Origin: Promethearchaeota archaeon
GTDB taxonomy: Archaea; Asgardarchaeota; Lokiarchaeia; Sigyniarchaeales; SOKP01
Length of the DNA: 50,002 nt
Direction: 5' to 3'
Assembly: GCA_048938445.1 (NCBI GenBank)
Contig: JBHLME010000014.1
Coordinates: 1-50,002 of the forward strand
In this document: in pieces, positions 9,237 to 18,692 of the stretch
Position numbering within the stretch: the first letter of the stretch is position 1
Layout of the letters: the number at the start of each line of letters is the position of its first letter
Translations under genes and position numbers: made by a program
The notes under the pieces: model-generated
Seen by the model: only the letters and a program-made list of their open reading frames with translations
What the model was told of the DNA's origin: nothing
Databases searched by the model: none

Positions 9237-10397
9237 ATGAAAGTTAGCTTTCCAAACATGGGATTTAATCGGGTAGCGTTCAAGACATTCTTTGAGCAAA
9301 TGGGTGCTGATGTTATCGTTCCCGAGCCAACGAACCGAAACACGCTAAAGTTTGGCGTGAAGCATAGTCCTGAATTTGTTTGTTTCCCATTCAAAGCAAC
9401 TTTAGGAGATTTTAAAAATGCGTTGGATCAAGGCGCAGATACGCTAGTGATGGCAATTGATTGCGGTCCTTGTCGTTTTGGTTTCTATGCTAGCGTTCAA
9501 GAGCGCATCTTAAGAGATCTTGGATACAAAGATTTCAAGATGATTCCCTTAGATCAAGCGGATTTACTCGAATTTAAATGGGTTAAGACACTATTCGCTA
9601 CATCTGCTCATAGAGATTTAAGAATGTATGCAAATGCTGTAAAAGCTACTATTTTTCTCTTAAAAAAGGCAAAATTACTTGAAGATATCCAAACAGCCGA
9701 AGGAATCTTCAGAGCATACGAGCAAAATCAAGGGGATACCACGAGAGTTGTTGATGAGTTATTACAGAAACTCGAGGACACAAACACGTTGAAAGGTTTA
9801 CGGCAGTTTCGTGACGTTATAAAAGAAGATTTTTCAAAAATGGATATTGATAAGAAGAGAGAACCCCTTCGAGTAGGGCTCTCTGGTGAGATTCACATAA
9901 GTTTGGAACCTTATGTTAATCTTGACATCCGTCGTAAGTTAGGAGAATTAGGTGTTGAAATTCATCAATCCTTGAGTCTTTACGACTGGGTAATGCATAA
10001 GTTACATTTAAATTATCATCGAAAATGGTTGGAGCATTTGGCACGACCACACGTTCCAATGGATATCGGTGGCGAATGCGTGTGGGTATTAGGAGAATAT
10101 ATCGATAAAGCTAAGGCGGGTTTTGATGGATTCATTCACCAATACCCTTTTACATGCATGCCAGAGGTTACCGCCCGCACGATAATTACAAACAAGTTAA
10201 AGAAAATGTACGATCTCCCAATAATCTATTTCTCTTTTGATGAACAGTCTGGAGTTGAAGGCATGAGGACAAGATTAGAAGCTTTTGTAGATTTAATGGA
10301 GGGTCGTCGTGAAAAATTCAAAAAGGAACAAAGGACTCATGAAGAGTATGGAAACAATTTTTATCACGAATGTATTAAATTAGTTCAAATAGAGTAA
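9237..10397 (+). CDS. 2-hydroxyacyl-CoA dehydratase-family reductase subunit (PlsR/Red2-like)
   Basis: CFPFKATLG, GPCRFGFY, GEIH, PFTCMPE, DEQSGVEGMRTRLEAF motifs. Confidence 0.8.
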   Translation: MKVSFPNMGFNRVAFKTFFEQMGADVIVPEPTNRNTLKFGVKHSPEFVCFPFKATLGDFKNALDQGADTLVMAIDCGPCRFGFYASVQERILRDLGYKDFKMIPLDQADLLEFKWVKTLFATSAHRDLRMYANAVKATIFLLKKAKLLEDIQTAEGIFRAYEQNQGDTTRVVDELLQKLEDTNTLKGLRQFRDVIKEDFSKMDIDKKREPLRVGLSGEIHISLEPYVNLDIRRKLGELGVEIHQSLSLYDWVMHKLHLNYHRKWLEHLARPHVPMDIGGECVWVLGEYIDKAKAGFDGFIHQYPFTCMPEVTARTIITNKLKKMYDLPIIYFSFDEQSGVEGMRTRLEAFVDLMEGRREKFKKEQRTHEEYGNNFYHECIKLVQIE

Positions 10398-10409
10398 TGG
10401 TATGAATAT

Positions 10410-11432
10410 ATGGTTCAAGTATCAGATAAAATAACCAGTGAAGATAACAAGAAAGATGCTTTCTTAGGAATTGATGTCGGAAGCGTTAGTTTAAAATTCG
10501 TCTTGATAGATACAGATGGAAAAGTTTTAACTCACGTATTTTTGAGAAATAAGGGTTCTCCAATTGACTCGGTCAAGGATGGCATGGCAAAGCTAAGAGA
10601 AACAATACAAGATAATGAGGAATTACAGGAATACGCGATAAGAGCATGTGGAACAACTGGTTCTGCTCGTTATCTTACAAAAGCTATAGTAGGTGGCGAT
10701 TTAGCAAAAACAGAGATTATTGCTCATGCGGTTGCAACGCAATCAATGTTTCCTGATGTGAGGACGATATTAGAAATTGGTGGACAAGACTCAAAAATCA
10801 TCATTCTTCGAGATGGAATAATCATTGATTTCGCTATGAATTCTGTGTGTGCTGCGGGAACTGGTTCTTTTCTTGACCATCAAGCATCAAGGTTAGGTAT
10901 TCCTATAGAAGAATTTGGAGGACATGCCGTTAAATCTAAAAAACCCGTGTCAATTGCTGGAAGATGTACCGTATTTGCCGAATCTGATATGATACACAAG
11001 CAAAATGCGGGGCACTCTAAGGAGGATATAATAGCGGGTTTATGTGATTCTTTAGTTAGAAATTATTTGAATAATTTATCCAAAGGTAAGGATTTGGAAG
11101 AACCCGTTGTATTTCAAGGAGGTGTTTCATATAATCAAGGTATCGTAAAAGCTTTCGAGCGTCATCTCAATTGTAAGGTGGTCGTTCCTAAATATAACGT
11201 GTTAATGGGTGCGTTAGGGATGGCAATTCTCGTAAGAGATTTTTACGTGGATCACGAGACAGAAACGTTATTCAGGGGTCTCGAAGTATCGGATCTCGAG
11301 TTCAAGACATCAGCATTTCATTGTGGTGATTGTCCTAATAATTGTGAAATTGTCCAAGTCAAGTTACCTTCAGATGAAAATAAAGTCATAGCCCGGTGGG
11401 GCTCTAGATGTGGTAAATGGGAGGTGTTTTAA
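10410..11432 (+). CDS. BcrAD/BadFG-family [4Fe-4S] ATP-dependent activase with C-terminal Cys cluster
   Basis: GIDVGSVSLK, TTGSAR, EIGGQDSK, MNSVCAAGTGSFL, RCTVFAESD, FQGGV; tail CGDCPNNC...GSRC. Confidence 0.9.
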   Translation: MVQVSDKITSEDNKKDAFLGIDVGSVSLKFVLIDTDGKVLTHVFLRNKGSPIDSVKDGMAKLRETIQDNEELQEYAIRACGTTGSARYLTKAIVGGDLAKTEIIAHAVATQSMFPDVRTILEIGGQDSKIIILRDGIIIDFAMNSVCAAGTGSFLDHQASRLGIPIEEFGGHAVKSKKPVSIAGRCTVFAESDMIHKQNAGHSKEDIIAGLCDSLVRNYLNNLSKGKDLEEPVVFQGGVSYNQGIVKAFERHLNCKVVVPKYNVLMGALGMAILVRDFYVDHETETLFRGLEVSDLEFKTSAFHCGDCPNNCEIVQVKLPSDENKVIARWGSRCGKWEVF

Positions 11433-11639
11433 GTGTCGGACCTATTAAAAAATATTCTCAAGCAATTCAACGAGTTCAGCGAGGATGTTCTCGAGACAAT
11501 CAAGCATAAAGCCCGATTATCCACGCTTTTTGATGTTTATCTTGAAAAAGTTATTCCATCATTCGTAAACGAGAAGGATCTCAAGGAGTATTACGAAAAA
11601 AGGATGGAAGAAGTAAATGAATTTATATATAAATTATAA
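11433..11639 (+). CDS. Small hypothetical protein abutting the activase
   Basis: Starts immediately after the activase stop; GGAGGTG RBS at the end of the upstream gene. Confidence 0.65.
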   Translation: MSDLLKNILKQFNEFSEDVLETIKHKARLSTLFDVYLEKVIPSFVNEKDLKEYYEKRMEEVNEFIYKL

Positions 11640-11656
11640 TTAGAGGTTTAAAACAA

Positions 11657-12340
11657 ATGGTCGAAATTCCATTAGTTACGGAAGAAAAGGATGAGAAAAA
11701 GGACGATCGAATGGCTCTTGCTGGAGATTTGCTCTATGCTGCCGTGAAAGGTATTGGAGGATTGGCATTGAAAGCCTTTACGAATTTGGAAATTGAAGGA
11801 AAAGAGAAGATTCCTCTCTTAGGGAAAGCAATTCTTACGACAATTAGTAAAAATTCGATGCGAGACATGCTCATCATCAGTCAATTAACCGGTAGAAAAG
11901 TGCATTTCATGGTGGATCCAAAACTCATGAAACATGAAATTGCGGGGCCAGTTCTTAAGACACTTGGAATGTTCAGGAGCACTACCAGCAAGGAAGATAC
12001 AGAGCCAATTGATAAGGTGTTTGAAATTTTAAATCAGATGGGAGATTTAGTTGCAATGACTCCTGAAGCCAAGTTTGATCGTGAAATACAAGTCAAATCA
12101 ATAGCCAGCATAATCAAATTTGCAGCTCTTGGAAAAGCACCAATTATTCCGTTGGCAATTTATGGCACGGAGACGAAATTATTTGGCGCAATTAAAGCAA
12201 AGGGTCTAAAAGTCAAAGTGGGAAACCCTATTAATTGTCCCATGAAGCTCACGAGAGATAAAAACAGAGATCAACGATACGAGCTCGCAGAAGATATTGT
12301 AAACATAATTGATACGATGCGAACGGATCCGGATTTTTGA
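11657..12340 (+). CDS. PlsC-fold protein with degenerate catalytic motifs
   Basis: IEGKEKIP..G, VHFM, PIIPLAIYG, VKVGNPI fold signatures; HxxxxD replaced by SKNSMRD and FPEGT by TPEAK. Confidence 0.75.
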   Translation: MVEIPLVTEEKDEKKDDRMALAGDLLYAAVKGIGGLALKAFTNLEIEGKEKIPLLGKAILTTISKNSMRDMLIISQLTGRKVHFMVDPKLMKHEIAGPVLKTLGMFRSTTSKEDTEPIDKVFEILNQMGDLVAMTPEAKFDREIQVKSIASIIKFAALGKAPIIPLAIYGTETKLFGAIKAKGLKVKVGNPINCPMKLTRDKNRDQRYELAEDIVNIIDTMRTDPDF

Positions 12341-12391
12341 TATAAATTGTAAGGAAAAAAGAAAAGAATAATAAATTTGGAGGTAGATCCC

Positions 12392-12613
12392 ATGGAAAAT
12401 TTATTAAAAACAGAAGGAAAATATAAGAAAAGTATAAAAGATTCTGAGTTAAAGAGAATGTTCAAGGAATTGGTTGTAAATGACACGGAGGAGGAGAAAG
12501 TCATGAATGACCTGTTCTATAAATCTGTCAAAATGGTATTTGATACCGGTTTTCATTTAGCCAAGGAGTTAAACGAAGACTTGCTAGCAGATACTCACGA
12601 TAAGAACATTTAA
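12392..12613 (+). CDS. Small hypothetical protein, last gene of activase block
   Basis: GGAGGT RBS before ATG 12392; T-rich tract after stop. Confidence 0.6.
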   Translation: MENLLKTEGKYKKSIKDSELKRMFKELVVNDTEEEKVMNDLFYKSVKMVFDTGFHLAKELNEDLLADTHDKNI

Positions 12614-12913
12614 TATATTTAACTCAACTTTTCTTTTTTCCTCTTTTGATATTAATTTTTTTAAATTTGTAATTAATTCTTCAATTTGAATAGCATTTTT
12701 TTTTTTTACTTATATAGATTGAAAATGGGAAAAATTTAAAGATTTCAAGTATTACGATACAGTTTATAATTGCATCAATATTTTAGTTATTTTATTAGAA
12801 AAGGAAATAGATGCCCAAAATTAAACTAAAATGTCTAAATAATCCAAAGGCTTAAATAAATCTTCTTTTATAACTTCTATAACTCTATAATTAAACATAA
12901 AATAAGATAAATA

Positions 12914-13699
12914 ATGTCTGCTGTAGAACCTACAATTACTAGTGTCTCAGTATTTATTATAATGATAATATTAATCGCCTTTATAGGTGTCTATCTTTTT
13001 TATAAATATACTGAGGAAAAGATTAAAGAACTTTTTTTTTTATCAATATTTCATATTGCTGTGGCCATTGTTGTTTTAATCAGCATGCTTGAGGCATATA
13101 ATTATGGCGTTATTTATTCCATTCTTGTTAACATCTCTTACTATTCAAGTGCTATTTTCTTTTCGATATTCATTCATAAAACATTCTATAAGGAAAAAAA
13201 AAGTCCAATTTATATATTTTTAGCTCTTTTTACGGTGATTTTCATTGTTTCAATAATATCTGCGCTATTATATGTTCCAAATTCACCAAAGGATTTGTAC
13301 TACATGTTAGAAATTCTTACCATAAATATAATAGTAATTTTGATGTTTTTTTGGTATGGATACATTGCAATCAAACAATATAAGGAACTCAAGACGCAAG
13401 ACATTCAACCTTGGATAAAAAGACGATATCAAATTAGTAGCATGACTTCATTCTGTTTCGGAACAAGTGGTTTGGTTTATATTATTTTTGAAATAATTAA
13501 TTGGATACCTGATGAATTATATATAAGAGAAATTAATCTCTTAATCATTGCGATTCTATTGATTATTTTTGGAATTGGTTCTTTTATCGCATGGGTAATG
13601 CCAAAATCACTAAAGAAATATTTTAATCGTAACTTTAGTATACCCTCTGAAGAAGAGATGACAGAAGATGAGATTATGAAACAGATGATGGAGGATTAG
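12914..13699 (+). CDS. Stand-alone 7TM-like membrane protein
   Basis: About seven hydrophobic helices, WVMPKSLKKYF after the last helix, acidic tail. Confidence 0.7.
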   Translation: MSAVEPTITSVSVFIIMIILIAFIGVYLFYKYTEEKIKELFFLSIFHIAVAIVVLISMLEAYNYGVIYSILVNISYYSSAIFFSIFIHKTFYKEKKSPIYIFLALFTVIFIVSIISALLYVPNSPKDLYYMLEILTINIIVILMFFWYGYIAIKQYKELKTQDIQPWIKRRYQISSMTSFCFGTSGLVYIIFEIINWIPDELYIREINLLIIAILLIIFGIGSFIAWVMPKSLKKYFNRNFSIPSEEEMTEDEIMKQMMED

Positions 13700-13701
13700 A
13701 G

Positions 13702-13974
13702 ATGTCCGAAGATATAATACAATTTTTGGGACAAAAATTAGCAGCAAAAATCGACAAACCTTTAATGCCTTCAAAAGGTATCATAAGATTAGCAATCAAG
13801 GATGATCATGGAGAATTTAAAAATATGACGTTTGATAAATTAAAGTATTCTTTAAAAAATGGGTTGAAAAAACGCCTAGAAAGTATTAATATTTCAAATT
13901 CTGATGAAGTATGCAATTATTTACTCAAAGAACTTATTTCAAATCAATCCCTACTTACAATGGCAAAATTTTAA
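13702..13974 (+). CDS. Small soluble hypothetical protein coupled to the 7TM gene
   Basis: 2-bp gap, GGAGG RBS. Confidence 0.7.
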   Translation: MSEDIIQFLGQKLAAKIDKPLMPSKGIIRLAIKDDHGEFKNMTFDKLKYSLKNGLKKRLESINISNSDEVCNYLLKELISNQSLLTMAKF

Positions 13975-14238
13975 TTATTTTTTTTTATTTTAATTTGATA
14001 ACTCCCTTAAAAGGAAATCTTTATTTAAAAATGAAATCTTTAAGGGATATTATTATGAATATATTAATGTAGATTTAAAGAGACCTCTAACAGTTTTGAT
14101 ATGCTTGGACTTATTTAAATTTTTATTCCTAATTTTCATAAATCCTTATTTTTTGATGAATGAAAGCAAAAGATTGTGTAATTGAAAAAAATTTAAATAT
14201 TCAATCTAACATAATAATCTAAATTTAACTTCAAACTA

Positions 14239-14973
14239 GTGAATTTAATTATGTCTTTAGGACCTGTAGATTATGTTAATGGAATTACAAGCATTATTTA
14301 TTTTATTGTTTCAATTATTATCGCTTTTATTATCATGTCAAAATATTTTAAATATAAGACTACTTCTTTTCTTTTTGTAGGATTTTCAACGATTGGTTTA
14401 GTTTGGCCTTATCTTGCTACTATAGTTTCATTTTTGATGATGGTTTTCACTTTAAATCCTCTTCCAGATTCAGCATATTATATCATCGGAAATATCTTAT
14501 TACCGATTACTACATCGACTTGGATTTATGCGGTTATAAAACTTTCACATGAAGGAAAAGAAAAGATAATTGTACCCATTGTATTTATTTTTATGGTTCT
14601 TCTTGCAATAATATATACTATCTTAGTATTTAGCCGACCAGATTTAATAGGAGAGAAATTAGGCATCATTGATGTTAAATACATTGGATTTGGATTATTT
14701 TATTTAATTATCGCGCTAAGTTTTGTTTGGATAGGATTAATCATCTTATTAAAAGATTTAATTCATTCTAGCGCACCCGATTTAAAATTAAAAGGAATTT
14801 TTCTTCTTTTTGGCTTATTAACCTATACAGTTGCTTCAATTTTTGATGGTTTCTTAAATTTAGAAATTCCCTTCCTATTATTAATGCGGATATTGTTAAT
14901 GATAAGTTCTTTTGAGATGTATATTGGTTGGCTTTTACCCAAATCTGTTAAGAAGCTCTTTTTAAGAAAATGA
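14239..14973 (+). CDS. Stand-alone 7TM-like membrane protein
   Basis: About seven hydrophobic helices, WLLPKSVKKLF C-terminus; start may be ATG 14251. Confidence 0.7.
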   Translation: MNLIMSLGPVDYVNGITSIIYFIVSIIIAFIIMSKYFKYKTTSFLFVGFSTIGLVWPYLATIVSFLMMVFTLNPLPDSAYYIIGNILLPITTSTWIYAVIKLSHEGKEKIIVPIVFIFMVLLAIIYTILVFSRPDLIGEKLGIIDVKYIGFGLFYLIIALSFVWIGLIILLKDLIHSSAPDLKLKGIFLLFGLLTYTVASIFDGFLNLEIPFLLLMRILLMISSFEMYIGWLLPKSVKKLFLRK

Positions 14974-15193
14974 ATTTTTTTTAAAAAGTTTAAGGTATAC
15001 ATATAAGAAATTACGTTAGTGATAATTTAAGTTCTTAAAATGGAATGATCCTTTCCTTCTAATCCAGTTCAAAATAGATTTTTTTAATATAGAAAAAAGT
15101 GACTATTTATGCTTCAAATATATCCATAATTGCGATATTAAGTTTTAAATAGGAAAAATATAAAATAAAAAAGAAAATTATTAGCTCATTTTG

Positions 15194-15682
15194 TTAATAT
15201 CTTGTTCTCATTGCTTGAATACGGAGCTTGGCTTTAGTGTTTCCTTCTTTATCTTCCAAGATGATATATTGAGTTTGCGAAGGTAAATCTATGGTAATGT
15301 CCATTTTAGCTATGGTTTGATCCTTTTTGAGATGATCTTTTTCTCTCAAGATTAATGTTAATTTTTGAAAAGATTCTTCCCCTGTTCTTACAGTTTTAAA
15401 TTGACTCCAAATGTTCATATCTGCTTTAGATGTAAAAGTCTGCTCCTTCTTTAATTTAATCACACCTTTAAAAGGAAATCTCGATTTTAAAGCCTTGGGT
15501 CCATCCACCCTCAAGTAGAATTCTCCCACCCATCCTGCGATGTCATAATCCTTAAGAGTTTTCAGTGACATTAATTCTACACTAATATGATATCTCTCTT
15601 TCTCTTTTCCCACATTATCTTGAGTAAAACGCTCACCTGGTGCGTGAGTTTTCTTACCCTTAACATATACACGCTGTCCCAT
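15194..15682 (-). CDS. Hypothetical protein, possible C2-like beta sandwich
   Basis: Alternating beta-strand pattern; DYDIAGWVGEFYLRV and LILREKDHLKKDQTI loops. Confidence 0.5.
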   Translation of the reverse strand: MGQRVYVKGKKTHAPGERFTQDNVGKEKERYHISVELMSLKTLKDYDIAGWVGEFYLRVDGPKALKSRFPFKGVIKLKKEQTFTSKADMNIWSQFKTVRTGEESFQKLTLILREKDHLKKDQTIAKMDITIDLPSQTQYIILEDKEGNTKAKLRIQAMRTRY

Positions 15683-15832
15683 GTTTATTCACGTATACTT
15701 TTTATTCGTATTAGACAATACATTTTTTTTATGTTATAGATAACAAATAATCCTTATTTATTTTAGTTATTATTCCTAAAACAAGAGAAAATTGTGAATA
15801 AATTTTTTATAATATGATTATTATTCTTAATA

Positions 15833-16639
15833 ATGCGAAATCTAAATGAAAAGCAATATAAGAATTCAACTAATTTCAACGCGCGTATCTACTTGCATCA
15901 AAAATTTGGTACTAATAAATATCTTTGGCCATTATGGATTTTTGATAATATTGATAAAGTGAATAATGCGAGAGTATTAGAACTAGGCTGTGGCAATGGA
16001 TTATTATGGAGAATAAACGCAAGTAGAATTCCTGAAAATTGGGAAATTACATTATCGGACTTTTCGGAAGGCATGTTGAAAGATGCTAAAAAAAGTATTG
16101 GAAACGATATAGAGAACATACAATATAAAGTAATTAATGCAGAGAATATCCCGTACGAAGATAATACATTTGATATAGTTATAGCAAATCACATGTTATA
16201 TCATGTCCCAGATAGGCAAAAAGCTATATCAGAAATTTATAGAATTTTAAAGAGAAGTGGTAAATTTTATGCCACAACGGCAGGAAAAGATAGCATGAAA
16301 GAAATAAGAGAACTCATCATGCAATATCATTCCATATCAATTCCAGTAAACTCATCAAATTCTCTTTTTGAAAATTTCTCTATAGAAAATGGAGAGCGAC
16401 AATTACAAGAATATTTCGAAGAGATATCATCAAAAATATATCCAAATTTATTAAAAGTAACAGAAGCTAATCCTTTAGTTGACTATGTTATATCAATTAA
16501 CGATTTGATTCCTGGATTAACTGTTTTAAATGAAAACCAGAGATTAAAATTTACAAAATTCATTCAAGATAAAATAGATAAAGCCCAATTTATAAAAATT
16601 TCATCAGATTTTGGAATATTTATTTGTAAAAAGATTTAA
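15833..16639 (+). CDS. Class I SAM-dependent methyltransferase
   Basis: VLELGCGNG, DFSEGML, FDIVIANHMLYHVPD. Confidence 0.9.
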   Translation: MRNLNEKQYKNSTNFNARIYLHQKFGTNKYLWPLWIFDNIDKVNNARVLELGCGNGLLWRINASRIPENWEITLSDFSEGMLKDAKKSIGNDIENIQYKVINAENIPYEDNTFDIVIANHMLYHVPDRQKAISEIYRILKRSGKFYATTAGKDSMKEIRELIMQYHSISIPVNSSNSLFENFSIENGERQLQEYFEEISSKIYPNLLKVTEANPLVDYVISINDLIPGLTVLNENQRLKFTKFIQDKIDKAQFIKISSDFGIFICKKI

Positions 16640-16732
16640 TCTTATTTTATTATCAAATCTAAGATGAATTCTTTCAATATTTTATACTTTAAAGCAAAAA
16701 TTTGATCCTAAGAAGAAGGAATTCTAAATTGC

Positions 16733-17671
16733 TTATTCATTTTCAAAATCAATTCGATTACTGATAAGGAAAATTACTAAATTACCATGATACATGATTT
16801 CTATACCATTTTTCTTGAAAAAGGAGGTTACTAGTGGTATTAAAGTAGGGCGGAAATCAGGATCATCATATTTGATTAAACTTTCATCAAAAAATTCCAT
16901 CAAATATTTTCGTTCTATAATCATCTTCCTTAGATCTTCTCTTTTAAAGATAGATCTAATATGTTCTAGTGCATCATTCAATTTTGATACTGATTCATTG
17001 AATTTTTTTGGAACTTTCATGTTATTAAGAAATTTTTCATTATCCTTGAGAGTAAAGGTGTTGAACATCTGGTCTTCGGAATTTATATAACCAATTCTTA
17101 TATTATCCTTGGTTAATTTTTCATCAATGGAAATTTTGACAACATATAAGAGCAGGTTAACGAGTTCATTGAATGATAATTTTTCATTATAAGAAGACAA
17201 GAGATAATTATTAGCAATATTGGAATTAAATCCCATGGCACAAGCATTATAAGACCTATAATTCCCATCCTGAGAATTCTTGAATACTTGAAGCCCATTC
17301 TTATCAACTCCAATAAAAAGCAATGTACAACCAAACGGACGTTTCCATCCAAATTGAGAATAATTCTGGCAAAAATGACCTACTCTTTTAGCTAAGGTTT
17401 CAAGCCGAATAGGCTTATCATAAGAGACTTTATATAATTGTGCTTTCTCCCTGGAATAGTTAATTAAAACTCTAGCATCTGATTCTAATCCAGTGCAAGC
17501 CACGCCAACATGCTCGTCAATTTTAAAACACCTTTCTAACTCTAATATTTCTCCTAATGAAGCTGGTTCATCAAGATGAATTAATAAACACGCATCAGTC
17601 TCAGATTTCAAAGCAACAGCGATGCTTCCCCTTTTTACTGCTTCTAAGGCAAAATCTTTTTGATAGTACAT
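16733..17671 (-). CDS. Divergent proteasome alpha-subunit paralog with C-terminal extension
   Basis: FALEAVKRG, KIDEHVG, GLESDARVL, RPFGCTLL. Confidence 0.8.
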   Translation of the reverse strand: MYYQKDFALEAVKRGSIAVALKSETDACLLIHLDEPASLGEILELERCFKIDEHVGVACTGLESDARVLINYSREKAQLYKVSYDKPIRLETLAKRVGHFCQNYSQFGWKRPFGCTLLFIGVDKNGLQVFKNSQDGNYRSYNACAMGFNSNIANNYLLSSYNEKLSFNELVNLLLYVVKISIDEKLTKDNIRIGYINSEDQMFNTFTLKDNEKFLNNMKVPKKFNESVSKLNDALEHIRSIFKREDLRKMIIERKYLMEFFDESLIKYDDPDFRPTLIPLVTSFFKKNGIEIMYHGNLVIFLISNRIDFENE

Positions 17672-17894
17672 TATTCCTTACTTATAATTAATTTTTAGAA
17701 ATTTGTTTAATACTGGAAATTTTGTTGAGAAATATAATAATTATTATAAGAAACAATATGATAGTATTCTTTAAAAACATAACATCGGATATGAACCTAA
17801 ATAAGTCTCAGTAGACCTTATAAGAAGTTCTTAACATTAATTTTACTTCTATTAGATCGCTCAAAAATAATAAAAAATAAAAGAAATAATTTTA

Positions 17895-18107
17895 TTATTT
17901 CTTTATGAGATGATAAAGCCTTATATTACCAGCAGTCTCAGCATTCGTGATGTCAAATCCATTTTTGGTAATGTAATCTTCAATATATTTCATTAAATTT
18001 TGACCAAAATCCTTTTTTTCAAATTCTTCTTTTATAATTCCCGAGGAACCAGTAATGGTCAATGAATGTCCTAAAATATTAACCGCAATTGTTTCAAGTT
18101 TAACCAT
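17895..18107 (-). CDS. Small hypothetical protein
   Basis: 70-aa ORF with protein-like composition in otherwise AT-rich DNA. Confidence 0.55.
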   Translation of the reverse strand: MVKLETIAVNILGHSLTITGSSGIIKEEFEKKDFGQNLMKYIEDYITKNGFDITNAETAGNIRLYHLIKK

Positions 18108-18692
18108 AATGAATTCTAATTCAGAATCAGAATATATAAATATTTTGGATCTTTTACAAGAAACATTATCTCGAAATTATCTAGCAAAAAAATTATACAT
18201 GTCTTCTAATAATCCTTGATTCTTTTCAAGGGATTATAATTTAAAAAAAATCATTATTTCTTTTTTAAAAAATAACTCTGTTCAAAAACTTAAATTTTAA
18301 GTTTTTTGGCCTGAAATTTTATCCTATAGATCTTTCTAAATATACCTGACTTTTTATTTCTCATAAAAAACAATTTCATCTAAATTTTTTAGTAATTTTA
18401 AAATATTCTTTTTTTTTAATTTTTAGATAGCAAATAATCCTTATTTATTTTTATTTGTTATTTATAAAACAATAATACAACTCATTATTTGAAATAAAAA
18501 GAACTTTTTGAATCCTGTAATTGAAATTAATCAATTTCAAGTTTATGAAGAGATTTAAAAAGAAATTCAGATAAGCTACAAAATTCAGAGATATGAATTT
18601 AAGTTAAAAATCGTATTAGTCATAAAAGAAAATCTCAATAGAAAAAAGTATATATAAATATTTTACTTCCTAACTATAACGAAAATCTTTTT

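Noticed and set aside
9237-11432. Plain 2-hydroxyglutaryl-CoA dehydratase or benzoyl-CoA reductase
   Set aside because: Activase Cys tail, DUF2229-type partner and PlsC context fit the PlsA/PlsR-like group better; no CoA-transferase or amino-acid fermentation genes nearby. Not formally excluded.
14003-14047. Inverted repeat TCCCTTAAA...TTTAAGGGA
   Set aside because: Isolated, with no second copy or target-site duplication; insufficient for a MITE or operator call
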